Positions 38,101 through 50,108 of a DNA stretch of 64,000 nucleotides are shown one piece after another. Position 1 is the first letter of the stretch. Each line of letters begins with the position of its first letter. Under the pieces are notes generated by a model, which saw only the letters and a list, made by a program, of their open reading frames with translations, did not search any database and had not been told where the DNA came from. This DNA is from Massalongia carnosa (Eukaryota), in the NCBI GenBank assembly GCA_965645245.1, contig OZ287068.1, positions 3,410,001 through 3,474,000 of the forward strand. Reading direction: 5' to 3'. The position numbers and the translations under genes were made by a program.

Positions 38101-39103
38101 TTAAGCAATATCAAGCCATAGTAGGGTCCATCATGTTTGCCATCATAGAGACACGGCCAGATATAGCCTTTGCAACCTCAGTGGTTAGCAGACATGCCAA
38201 AAACCCAGGCAAAACACATATGGAAGCAGCCAAACACATACTTCGATACCTCAGTGCCACCAAAGACAGAGGTATCACCTTTGGTGGAGGAGATATGTCT
38301 GTACAGGGCTATTCCAATTCCTACTGAGCCGGAGACAAGGAAGACAGCAAGTCCACCTCCGGATATGTCTTTATGTTAAACAACGCACCAATCAGTTGGT
38401 GTTCCAGAAGACAACAAACCGTCGCACTCTCATCCACAGAAGCAGAATATATGGCACTCACCTTGGCTGCTAAGGAGACCATATGGATACGCTTATTGAT
38501 GACTAAGCTCGGCCTGATGCAAGATGATGCTTCTCCGACAGTGAATGTACTTGAAAGGGAAGGCGCTATAGCACTGAAGGGTGATAATCAGAGTGCTATA
38601 GCACTGGCCAACAATCCTGTCTTACATTCAAGGACTAAACACATCGATATTCAGCACCACTTCATTCGAAATGAAGTCACAGAGGGCCGGATAGACCTTA
38701 CATATGTCCCAACTTACCTACTCATCACGCAACAGATTCGACCACCTACAGACCTCATCTGACGGACAAGTACTGATAGAACTTGAGGGAGGGTGTTGAG
38801 TTAAATATTCAAATTCTAGCAGCACAACAGATTAGATTAGATCAGATCCAGTCTAACCGTATCGGTTATTTAAGAGCTTTAGCGTAAGCAACCTTAGGCT
38901 CGGATAAACTATTATCACTTTGCTTAGTAGAGGGTGACCACTTAAAAGGAGAAGACTGCTTCATAGCAACTCTTTATCTTATACATCAGGGTCCTAAACA
39001 TTGTCATTTATTACATAGCCATATAGTCATAATTATATTCCTATTTCAACATTATGCAAGATAATAAAAAGTAAAAGTAATATAAGTATTATTAAATCGT
39101 GAT

Positions 39104-39627
39104 GATGATTATGATGATGATGATGTATTTATACTTCGATATGTCACCGGCCGTAGGCCGGCCTATGCGGGCAAAGCTATCTAAGTTATGTTACATGGAA
39201 AACCTTTTTCAGGTGTAAAAACCATATCCCTTGATACCTGTCCGATCTGACACCGGGTCGACGTCGGACAGGAGACGCAGAGCGAAAATCATGTGAGAAC
39301 TGTGACGCCTTCTGAGATAAGAAGGAAAAGAGAAGTGAAACTACTGTTAATTGTACAATAGTGTAGATGCCAGTGAGAATTTTCATTAGCCAAGTAGTTA
39401 ATATCTTTAGAGTTTTTGATGTTTCGGTCAGCTGTTGATAGTTGTTCGTGCCAGCGGCGCAAAACATCTGTTCTCTATTGTCAATAAGTCTACAGAACAT
39501 AATTACGTGTTCTGGAGTTTGTCTGTGCCAGCCACATGGGCAGGCCGGTGAGGTGACGGCGGGGACCCGTCGCTGGTAGAGGAAGTCAGCTAGACCGATC
39601 TTACCGGTGCGGATCTGTGTTGTCAGG
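39104..39627 (-). mobile_element. 5'-truncated Tad1-like LINE (divergent family)
   Basis: TQIRTGKIGLADFLYQRRVP..ACPCGWHRQTPEHVIMFC; (ATC)n tail; 14-bp TSD TATTAAATCGTGAT (39090-39103 / 39628-39641). Confidence 0.92.
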
Positions 39628-39926
39628 TATTAAATCGTGATAATTGAATTAAGATAATAATTTATTTATCTAACATAATTTTTAGAATATTTCACAATTT
39701 CAAATTTGACGTTTACGGAATTTTTCTCTGTAACGGTTCGACCAAGCGTGGTGCGGACGGCAGGACCTACAGCGAACATAGCAGGAGTCCCAGTTATAGT
39801 AGAATAGAGCTTGGTCTGCGGACTAAGTATTGTGCCTTTTGGTCGGGAAGGACAGGTGGCGCAATGGTAGAAATCTATTCACTATCTCGCTTCGTCATAT
39901 TCTCGACGTTAACAGAAGAATTAAAA

Positions 39927-40357
39927 TGTCAGGGGAGGACTGGAGAGATACAAGACTCTATCTTGCAGAACGGATATCTAGATATGCTAAAACTAGAAGT
40001 TGAGAATAATACACAAGACGTTCCGATAAAGAGCTCTAAACACCTAGGAAACAACATAGACATTATAGCCATGGCTTTCAACTCTCCTATTCTCGACTTG
40101 CCCCATCTCTGTACCTATATTAATTTCCTTAACATGATTCCTTTGACCTATCCCGCCTTTATCTGTGCTGAAGCACTCTCAGTCATAAGCCTGGATAGTG
40201 GAGACGTTGAGATTGGGTACGGATTGAAGGAGATTGATAGTGCGCTGAGGGCGGCAGAAGAACGCTGAGCACGATGGGTGAGGTTTCACAGCAATAGGCC
40301 CTGTTAATTACTAACCCGATCAGGACAAGCGGGAGGGTGCGAAGTGATTCCGTGACA
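39927..40357. mobile_element. Solo LTR (431 bp, family C copy 1)
   Basis: TGTCA...TGACA; TSD TAAAA; homologous to 40490-40973. Confidence 0.88.
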
Positions 40358-40489
40358 TAAAATAAATAACTTTAAACCGACTACCGATTGATAAAAAATC
40401 GAAATTCTAATATATTATTCTTTAATAAATCATAAACAAATTCCTTTATAATTACAAATGAATCTATATATTTCTAAGAGCTCTTTTCT

Positions 40490-40973
40490 TGTCACGGACA
40501 AGGTCCAGATAGGGAGATATGCAAGAGTTACTATTAGAAAGCTAGGTCTAGGGATAGTATACAAGACGTCCTACGAAGAGCTCCAAACACAGTAGAAACC
40601 ACATAGGATTTATAGCCATGGCTTCCAACTCCCCTATTCTTGACTTGCCCTCATCTCTATTCCTGTTCTAATTTCCTAACCATGATCGCTTTGACCTGTT
40701 CCGCCTTTCTCCATGCCGAAGCAATCTCTCTCTGCTGGGCAATTCCAGTCGTAGGCTTGGATAGTGGAGACGTTGAGATTCGGGATATAGGAGTTTGGGA
40801 GTGCACTGAAGGCAGCGGAAGAACGTCTGAACACATGGGGTGAGGTTTCAGGATAGTTCGGAATAACGGGCCACGGTTCCATTAAACATGCAGGGCAGGT
40901 TTCACGGCAAGAGAGCCTGTTAAATACTAACCCGATCAGGAAACGTGGGAGGGTGCGAGGTAATTCCATGACA
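40490..40973. mobile_element. Solo LTR (484 bp, family C copy 2)
   Basis: TGTCA...TGACA; TSD TTTCT (40485-40489 / 40974-40978). Confidence 0.9.
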
Positions 40974-41000
40974 TTTCTGTTGATCTATAACTGCTGTTTC

Positions 41001-42259
41001 TTATTTTACAACTCGCCCGCCAAAACCTGCACTAGATTCAGATCCCGACCCTCGCGAAAAGCCAGGTGGTAGGTTCTCCTTTCGTCCCAAGGGCAGGGAT
41101 TCAGTCTTCTCATCAGGTTTTAGAGTTAATAAGTTATTGCCCGATCTGACGTGCGTTACAAACCGAAAGCAGTCATTGTCTGGTAAGCTGAGCCAAACCG
41201 CAATCGGCACTGTCAATAGATATTCAGTGGAATTTGCGTCGAGAACTCCTTCCACGGTGATAGATCCGACATCTGATGGAATGTTTTCCGACAGCTATTT
41301 CACCAAATCTTTATAATCCGGCAGTTTTGCTACGCCGGCCAGCGTCACGGATATCAGGACTTTGCCACTGCTTGCTGCTTGTGTTTTATAAGTCTGAGAG
41401 GCTCGTGTAGAGTGAAAAGCTCTGAGTGTAACTGGAGGTTGAGTAGTAGCTGCGCCGTGCCAAGGCGTGGCTTCGAGTTTGGTCCATAATGCTTTGTCGA
41501 CCATCTGGGCGCACATAGAGCTTACGTTAACAGCAGTTCCATTTGCTTCTTTCAATATATCGATCATATGTTTTGTAAATCTTTTTGGAATCTCAGATGA
41601 TGCGATGGTTTCAAACCTAGACGCCGCTAGAACTTCCAATCTTCCACTGATACCAATACTGGCCGACGCAGCGTTGCAAAAATCTAGCAGAAGTAGCTTG
41701 TGTCCAGGTGCATCCATAAGATTTGCCTGATGAGCCCACCAGTTGATATAAATTTCGCCTTGATCTCCACTATTTCATTTCAGCTAAGAACAAATGAATA
41801 AAAAACCACTACTTACGTCCATTCAAAGCAATCGAACTGGGTTCCTGAATAGCGCTTGGTAGCCTCTCCATGTCCGCTGTAATAAACGATAAGAAGATTA
41901 TCATCTCCCTCGCTTTTGGCGATCTAGGCTTGAAAGATTCGAGTAAATCGAGATCTTACTTCACTAGGAGAGTAGAGAGTGCCAATTGGTGTCGTTGTAG
42001 CGATCTCGTATACATCGGTGGAAAAACTGTAAATGTCGCGAAAGACGTCATTGAGGAGCTCGGAGGTGAGAGGATTGACACCTATATTGTCATTGGACCA
42101 ATGTATGCCCAGAACGCAAACCATTGCATATCTATCAATTTCATCGGGGCGACATGCTTGCACAGCCTGTTGAATCTTATTGCAGATTTCTGAAACCGCT
42201 CTGGGATATGAGTCCCGTACCCAAGAGCGAGTAGGATAGATCCTACTTTGATTCGCCAT
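41001..42259 (-). pseudogene. Caspase-fold (peptidase C14/clan CD-like) protein gene; 2 exons, two premature TAG stops
   Basis: VCVLGIHW, LNDVFRDIYSF, NLLIVYYSGHG (His), LLLLDFCNAAS (Cys), LEVLAAS, FTKHMIDIL, C-terminal VLISV...LLTVPIAVWLSLP. Intron GTAAGT..TAG at 41816-41770; in-frame TAG at 41924-41926 and 41295-41297. Confidence 0.78.
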
Positions 42260-42753
42260 TGTGACAACAGCTAAAGAAATCAAGCAAGAGTAGTAGCTAT
42301 TTCAATGGAGGATCTAAGCTGAAATGGATTAAAGTAGATTCAGAAAATAGTAGAGCAAGAAATATCAATTTGAAAGATATAAGCTAACAAGGTTATATAG
42401 TCAGAAAGGAGCAGTTTATATACTACTATTTATCTGACAGTGAAGAAAAAGTTCCTTTTCCAATCCGTCAGTGATACCAATCTGCATGTGCAACAGTGAA
42501 ATTTTATTCACATGTTATCACCATAGAGGCTACAAGAACAGCAAAAGAGTACTATATTAAAAAATAACTGAAGTATCACACGAACAGCAGATAGGCAGCG
42601 AATAGATCGTTTTAATAGAAATGAAGTAACGTCACAAATAAAGTAGTAGCAGTCCTGATTAACAAACATTGTAAGAACTTTGAATTCATTAGACGACATA
42701 GTAGGCTTAGAGCGATTGGTTCGAAAGAGAAGTTTTGCACATGCAAAAACCTA

Positions 42754-45700
42754 ACGTAATTCACCGCTATTCGGAACACCCGCTTATTCGTAACTAACAA
42801 ATTTGATACCAACCTTCGTAATTTATTATCTCCGCCCATCCACAAAACTTCCAGCACATGTACTCGGGAATTGATGAACAGATTCTAGAGAATATATGTA
42901 GCTAGCATAAGCTTGTAGAGCTACAATTTACGAGTGTTACGAATGACACGACCGCGCGAGCTAACCCGAACCTCTAAAACTTCCTCCTTCTCCCCCTTTC
43001 CGACAATTTCCACATCACCCTGTGCCAACTCAGTGGTATTTTTCATTCTTGATATACATTTTCCTTTATTCAGAGCAGTTTTTTAAAACCCTAGGTCACC
43101 CTCAACTGTCTCCTCAAAAATATGAGGTGTAATCTGAAGAAGGTCGTGAAAAGCGTTTTGAAGGATAGAATCGTCTCGTTTCTTATTTTTAGGTTAAGAT
43201 CGAGATTTTACGGAATCAGGCCCGTATATCAGGTCGGGTCCAAGTCGCATAAGGTTTTTAGATACCTAAGAAAATAGTCGATCGTTCTGTTTTTCTTTCC
43301 TTACCTGTGATCTAGCCTCTTTCTCCTTTTTCTTATTTTCAGCTAGTTGTTGTAATGGGCTACAAGACCAGTAAGCTAATCACGAGCGACACTGATCTCG
43401 AAAGGGGAAATGCTCAGCGTGAGAGGTGGAAGATAGCTACTACGTGCTGGTCTCCGAGAGTATACGTGATCCAAAGAACTAATGGATGTGGAAGTGATTA
43501 GACCAAGAGATCTCGTCCGAGACCCAAACGTAGGTTGTTCATAGAATAAAGACTAATTGCTAACGAGTACTACAGGATTCGTTCTGGTATTTATCCTACT
43601 CACCCTAAGCCTATAGCCTTGGGAGCCTTGGAACCTTAGGAGCCTTGCAACCCACTTCTGACCTTATCGCCTTACATCCAACCATCCCTCAGGATTCATC
43701 TACGAACTCGGCGTTCGCTGGATCATCTAGTCAGCCTCGAGCAGCCTTCTAGATCTTCCCTTGCAAGGTAGAACACTTCTACCTCCGGCTAGATCCCTCG
43801 CTACATTGCTAGCCTGACTCTAAACATAAAGTCTAGACGCCGAGGCTATGTAGCTTCATTTCGCCGTCACCACTACCAACGTAGCGATGGAAGGTTACCT
43901 CTGACTGAATCTCTATCTACACTGCGGACCTGCCTCTAGACACAAGGTCTAGACCACAAGGTCATGTAGGTTGATTCAGCCGACATCACTACCAACGTAG
44001 CAATAAAGGTTGAAGCTGAAGTTTACACCGGGGAGGCCGAGCTCAAGCTGCGTCCAGCTAGCCGTGCCTCCTGCTACAACTCTTGATCCATCAAGAGATC
44101 GAGTAGCTCCGAGTAGGCCAGTAGATTCCATATAGAGTTCACGGCTAGTCTCCACAGGAGTTCGCCTTACTCCATGGCAATCTACCACCACGGCCTCGAC
44201 AGGTGTTTGATCTGTAAGCAGTCTAGAACGTAGTAACAACTAATTCGGAGTTGTGTGGCAAGGTGGCGTCGTGTCAGCCTCGATGGCTATGCGACTAAGT
44301 ACTACGGCCTGGCTCATGCTAGTTAATCCCGCAACCGCCGTAGGCGATCACGTATCCCTCTAGCGCCATGTCTTCTTTTCTCTACATCTTCTAAACTCAA
44401 TAAGCGAGCCCCTTGACCATCGTATTGAGTGCCCGTACGTTGAGCTCGTTGTTTTTTTCGTGTATTGGCTGCTAAAAGCTCCGTATTAGTACGATTCAAG
44501 ACAATACGATCAGCCATAGCAAGTCTAGCTGCTTTAAGGGTTTTTGGTAGAAGAGTAAGCTTAGGGGAATCGAGAGTCTGATGGCGAAATAGTAATATAA
44601 GCTCCTCAACCTCTGAGACTTGTTCTATGTTTCCTGGTGTTGGTGGTATTCGGCCTGAAAGATAACGCGTTTGAATAGGAGTACTAGCGTCAGGTAGAGT
44701 GTCATCGTTCGTATGAGGCTTAGCTGATATTTTGTCAAAGAAAGCGGAAGGATTGTATGGAATAAGTCCAGTAGCTCGCCATGTTGATTGTATATTTCGA
44801 GCAGTGATACCCTGTTGCCTAGCTTTTTGTATTAAAGAAATGAAATCAGCCTTGTCGATATTGTAGGTTGTAAACCGTGTTTTCTCAGCTAGCAACGTTT
44901 TATAGTTTTGTTTTAAAGGGTCAAATACCCCAATATCAAGAGGCTGTAATAAGTGTGTTGAGTGTGCTGATAGACATAGACAAACTATTTTATGTTCCCG
45001 GGTAAATCGGATAAATTCAGTCGACACATGAGATGCATGCCCGTCAACAATTAACATTCGATATTCACCACGGAGGTAAGCTCTTGTTGTTGGCTCAAAA
45101 CAGTCACGCATCCACTTCATACAGAGCTTGTTATCAGTCCAGCCGTTTTCACTTAGTGAAACACGAGCACCCGGTTCCATATTACTAGGATGCCAATCAT
45201 CTTTCCATCTCTTACCCTTTAAAATAACAAATAACGGTAATCGACGACCAGTGGTACCAATAGCTTCAATGAGGGACGCCCATTCCCGATTACCAGCTTG
45301 ATTAATAAATGCCTGTTTCCGTTATTTTGAAAATACCACCTTTGAACTCCACGCAATACCCATCATATAACCGTTTTCATCCATGTTGTGTGCATCCTCG
45401 TCCAATATACCATGTTGGGCCTTAATAGACAGATACAGATCGAACCACTGCTGTATTGAATCCCGATTTTGAGCTAAATACCGTTCTTGATCAAGCGTAC
45501 GGCTATATTTCGACTGTAGTATAGGATGACGGTTGAGGAATTTTTCTGACCAGTTTTTGCCCAGTTCTTTAAAATCCTGTTTGGCTCGTAATATTTCTTC
45601 TGCCATTTCGCGTAACTGCGCTATTCTAGGCGGAAATCCCCAAGACTGAAGTTGTAGCACCCAACTCTGAAGAGATCCTTCCTCCTCGGGCGTTAACCTC

Positions 45701-46098
45701 TGCTTTGAGGTAACGTACGATACCTGGTCCTGGCGACCGTTTATCCTGTGATACAATGTTGTTTTCGGTACCGCATGGAGCCAAGCAGCTTGCGTAATAG
45801 ATAAGGACCCTTCTGCCTCCTCGTAGACCTTAACAGCCTGTTTTAAACGTTCTCTAACCTCGTCTTTCAAGGTAATACGCAATCCCGATTTTGTAACTCG
45901 AAACTGCCGGGAAGAAGCCATTTCAGCGATGTAATTTATCGATAATCAGCTATTATAATAATTATAAATACCCTTTGCCTTATTATATCAGTTTTAGCGT
46001 TTTCTCAATAAGTTGTAGAAGAGATAATGGTTGAAAGTAAGTTTCGTGGTTTTGTTAATTCCGAATAAGCGGGTGTTCCGAATACAGGTGAATTACGT
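42754..46098 (-). mobile_element. pogo/Fot1-like DNA transposon interrupted by a solo LTR
   Basis: 37-bp TIR ACGTAATTCACC..TATTCGGAACACCCGCTTATTCG at both ends; TA TSD (42752-42753 / 46099-46100). Transposase from 45921 (VPKTTLYHR, WSEKFLNRH, NMDENG, SENGWTD, VDGHASH, HSTHLLQPLDIG) with a TAA at 45322. Confidence 0.94.
43351..44369. mobile_element. Solo LTR (family A, copy 3, more diverged; right end deleted)
   Basis: Starts TGTAATGGGCTAC; lacks terminal CCGTATTACA and part of the expected GTTGT TSD; removal restores VEKRR|QLAENKKK of the pogo transposase. Confidence 0.88.
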
Positions 46099-46100
46099 TA

Positions 46101-46350
46101 TATGAAATGCATGAACCTGCTTCCTTTGAACTTTTCAGCTGGGCAAAATACACCTTATTGCTAACCGGAGACACCGAGACACTAAGTGATCATGAACAGC
46201 TGAATTGCCTCCGAAATGTAGCATTTTTGCTGCATACCTTTGCCTTCTCGTACACAGCAGTTGTCGAAGTCGTGCTGATATGAAATTAGTAAGCAGGAGG
46301 CAAAAGAACCTCGGTCGCAAATATTCAGGTATCTCGGCAAATTCCAATAC
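46101..46350 (-). repeat. Inverted duplicate, copy 2 (partner 31931-32213)
   Basis: Reverse-complement match to 31931-32213 with an internal deletion. Confidence 0.8.
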
Positions 46351-46694
46351 CGACAATACGTCAATCCATAGTTCTAGCTCGAAACGTCGCCATTCATGGG
46401 AGACTTGATTCCTGATGGATCCTGGTGTTCTTCTAGATCGCAACGTGATCGCCAGAGAACACGCGCACTAGAAGCATATTCTCCAAGGCCGATAATAAAT
46501 GATCTTCTCTACATGCTGATGACTAAACTAGACTAACTTGATTTTATAGATGATTACACATGATAGGCAGACATCTCGAACAGCATTATCAAAGTGTCCA
46601 GCTGCTGTGTTCCTCCCCATCGAATTTCTCCAATCTCCTGTTTTCAGGATAAATGGACAATATCATCCTTGGACATCTCCATCGTTGTTTTCGC

Positions 46695-47141
46695 CTAGGT
46701 CGTGGGGATATCCTTGCTAGTTGGATACCAACTGTCCCAAACCCTCATACCCATTCGAAAGTGCCGCTCAATGTGATCATGTCTCTCATTCCAAGCATCC
46801 ACACCTCGAGATTCTAATTCGATAAGCTTTCTGCAAAACCCACACCAAAAGCGGTCTTGCCCATTCCGACCCACACGACATGTCAAAGATTTCTCGTCAA
46901 TAATCTTCTCATCTTCGACTTGATGCTTCAGTTGCAGATGACTGACAAAATCCTCGCGACGGTGAAAGATCGCCCTGCATGATTCCATCCTACTCGATAG
47001 GCTGTGTTCTTGACAGTGCCACGTTTCGACTCGATAATGCTTCCGATTCTCGTGGATTTCCCAGTCCTGCCATCTTTGGAAGGTTTCAGAGCAATCAGCG
47101 AAAGTGCAGTCGTACTGACAGGTGCGGATGATATCCTGTGG
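46695..47141 (-). CDS. C2H2 zinc-finger domain protein, last exon; upstream exons uncertain (possible ATG near 47330)
   Basis: YDCTFADCSETF...WEIHENRKH, WHC...CRAIFHRREDFVSHLQLKH, FWCGFC...WNERHDHIERHF; acceptor-like TTCTAG upstream. Confidence 0.6.
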   Translation of the reverse strand, partial: PQDIIRTCQYDCTFADCSETFQRWQDWEIHENRKHYRVETWHCQEHSLSSRMESCRAIFHRREDFVSHLQLKHQVEDEKIIDEKSLTCRVGRNGQDRFWCGFCRKLIELESRGVDAWNERHDHIERHFRMGMRVWDSWYPTSKDIPTT

Positions 47142-47527
47142 TCTAGAATGTCTCAGCTTCGTTGAGTCGAGGATTGCGTGGAATCAATACTCATTAACTT
47201 CAAGAGTTTCCGAAGGTTCTTTCCGTGTATTTTCAGTGCCCTTCACGAACGTTAAATATGACTATCGAGAATGAAGTCTAATATCTACCTCTATCCCCTC
47301 CTTAAGTGGAACCATATCGGAGAACCTCATTTTGAAAATGTACCAGATGTAATAAAAAGGGAAAGGAAAGATCTGCTTTAGGAAGACGCAGAGAAAATTG
47401 AATCGGTGGCTGCGAGAGGCAGATGTTTGGATATCTAACTTACATGGTTGAGAGACTCCCTTTATACATAAGTTTGGTGGACTAGCATGAGCCGCGCCTT
47501 GCTTTACTGTACTGGTGGTGTGGCTTG

Positions 47528-47638
47528 GCCACATTCACCTGGGGCCAAGATTGCCACCTGAGCGCCGCTTTGTGAATGGGCCGCGTTCACCTGGGGCCAA
47601 GATTGCCACCTGAACGCCACTTTATGAATTGGCCGCGT
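47528..47638. repeat. Direct tandem duplication (~52 bp x 2)
   Basis: TTCACCTGGGGCCAAGATTGCCACCTGA occurs twice. Confidence 0.85.
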
Positions 47639-48184
47639 GGGCTAACCGTGCGACCTGACCGTGCAAGTTGGGCTTTGCCGTGACCGCGACTCACGCTACG
47701 GCTATCCTACGCAATCACATCCTTTCAAAGGGTCCGGATTCCTCCAGATTCCAAAGCTTGTGTCATTCATCACAGTGATTATAAAGACTCCCAGTGTTTA
47801 AGAGCTTGCTGATTGAACTGTGAATGACAAATGATGTGGCGGTGAGCGATGATTGAAGAATGGTACGATGAGAAGGTGAGAGGATGACGAATCAGGGTGA
47901 CGCATTTTTTACGACTTATTGGAGCCTACAGCCCCCTCAAAGAATATGCAGTGCGCCTCGTTTGAGGGACCTGAAAAGAACATCCCTTTTTCCAGGGCCG
48001 TGAAGTCTACAAGCTCATTAGGGCCTAATCATGGGTCTTTGGAGTCTACGCCTTCGTCTTGACTTGCAACTCACGTTCTGACTTGGGCTTTGCAAGGCGC
48101 ATCGTTCGAACCTTCAATTAGCTTATGTCGAAGGCTCTTATATCTTCTTTCACTTTCTAATATATGAAACTTATAGATTCACTT

Positions 48185-48500
48185 TGTAGGTATAATAGCA
48201 TGATTTTCATTGAAGGTATAGATTATATTTGAGCTATCTACTCGTTATATAGCAGTCACATTGAAGACTTTTCGGCGACCCCATTTCATAGGGAGTCAGC
48301 TGGTCCACTGATTTTCGGTCCCCGAAGGTCACTTCGGCCCTCGTGGCAGGGTCGCCGAAGATAGGCACTAGATGGATGCCCATGATGGTAGTCCTTACCA
48401 TCTAAGACTTACCATCTAACAGTCCTTACCATCTAACACTTACCATCTAACAGTCCTTACCATCTAACACTTACCATCTAACAGTCCTTACCATCTAACA
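48185..48500. mobile_element. Solo LTR (family B) whose end is expanded into a tandem array
   Basis: TGTAGG... homologous to 29558-30395; ends in seven copies of CTTACCATCTAACA (48394-48500). Confidence 0.75.
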
Positions 48501-50108
48501 CAATAGGCTAGGGATCTTCCATGCATTCATACTTAATTGCTCAACTGAACGCCTTGCGGCGTGGATGAGTTATTATGCGAGCGTGGGACATTCGCCATCT
48601 AACGAGCTTTTTGCCAGGGGATCACCTCTCTGACGTCCCACCGCAGAGACGCTGGCAATGATTGTCAGTCCTGACGATAGGTCGGATGAAGCGGCATTAT
48701 GGGCGATGACTGCTTAAAGTCGATTACTACTTTCCTAACTTTCTTTGAGTCGAGGGCATCGGTAGTGTGCATGTATATAGGAGAGGATTTCCAAGCATGA
48801 CTGAAGGGCAACAAAGCGGACAGTTAAAACGCATGACGGACCGCTTTGCTGTCATCTTATGACTGAGTTGATTGAAATTATAATTTTGATGCTGATATTC
48901 CTAGGCCTCATTCAGGGCTTTGGCTTCGTCGTTATGACTTCGAAAATTGTTGTTGCGATAGAGAATAAACATCGAATTGATGATCGTGCGCTTCTCTCAA
49001 GTCATCAAAGCTTTCGCATACTGAAAAAACTTTGCATCACTGAATAAAGCTGATTCACACTCGAACGATGCTTAAATGTTATTTTCAGTTATCAAGTTGA
49101 AGAGAACCTTCGCATTATCAAAGTGGAACCTGACGCCCTGCTTTCGAGCTCATGTCACTTATTCGACCTGGCTTCTCCTTAATTCTGGGTCTAAGGATGT
49201 AATTCAGAAAAATGTGCTTATCATTCATGATGGGCAGGTTAGGTAAGTGGCCACGATCTTGTGCAGTTAAGTGTGTTGCAAGTAATATTCTGAGAATGAA
49301 AAAGAACATGAAAAAAGAGATTTCTCGAAACGGCTGAGATTTCATGCTTGTAATAAAGTTGATTATCTGTAGTCGATCGTCTTGTCCAAAATAAGAACAT
49401 CATATACCCTCTTGACAGCTGTTCGGAATTTATCTATCTATCGTTCTCGCAAGATATCAATATCATGATGTGTTGCTGCGCCTATCGCCTCTGATAGATC
49501 TATGATCTATCAGAGGATTGTAATCGCATGTCGGAGAGAGTCACTTTATTTCATTGATCCACGGACTCCCTGCTTCAAATTGGCGTCAATTCAATGACAT
49601 ATTCTCGAAGTCCCCGAGTTGGCGCAAGGATTCGTGACTTAGATGACGATAGCATGACTATTGTATTATGCTTATTTTTTTTGTATTTGATATCTAACTG
49701 CTGCAATGAGGATGTTTTTATCGGACTTAACTTTCTTTATTTAACTCGAATCCCAACCAATTTCACAACTGCAATAAGCGATCAGCATTGAAATTTTGAG
49801 TCTCAATCTTCTTTCTTCATGATACCTTAACATCATGATCCTAAGATCTAACTCAGATTCCTGATCGAGTTTTTATTATGTCTACCATCCCGTCCGACAA
49901 TGGTTATTCTGAAAAAATGCTTGGCGGGTTTAGAAAAGTCTCTTCGGGCCGGGAAAGAAAGGGGGGTTATTAATCGGACTTGTTCTCTGTCGAAAAAATA
50001 ATAAAAGAGATATTAATTTATCATTTCTTTTGAAATGATCTTTAAGGACTTTTTTAACCTTTTCTATTTTATTTATCTTTCTTTTATCTTTCTTTCTGTA
50101 ATCTTTGT

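Larger units (their letters stand above)
32466..39051 (+). mobile_element. Ty1/Copia LTR retrotransposon with both LTRs, degenerate, most of RT deleted
   Basis: TSD TTATG (32461-32465 / 39052-39056). 5' LTR 32466-34366 (interrupted) is followed by PBS-like GGTTATGAGCCC; PPT GAGGGAGGG precedes the 3' LTR 38794-39051. gag 35484-36332, LDSAADMH protease, integrase (RTENGTE, PHSQEQNGMSER), RNase H ([22 protein letters not shown]). Confidence 0.94.

Noticed and set aside
39729..39914. Possible small solo LTR TGTAACG...CGTTAACA
   Set aside because: No TSD and no second copy in the window.
48391..48500. Interstitial telomeric repeat
   Set aside because: The unit is not TTAGGG and matches the LTR end at ~30381-30395.
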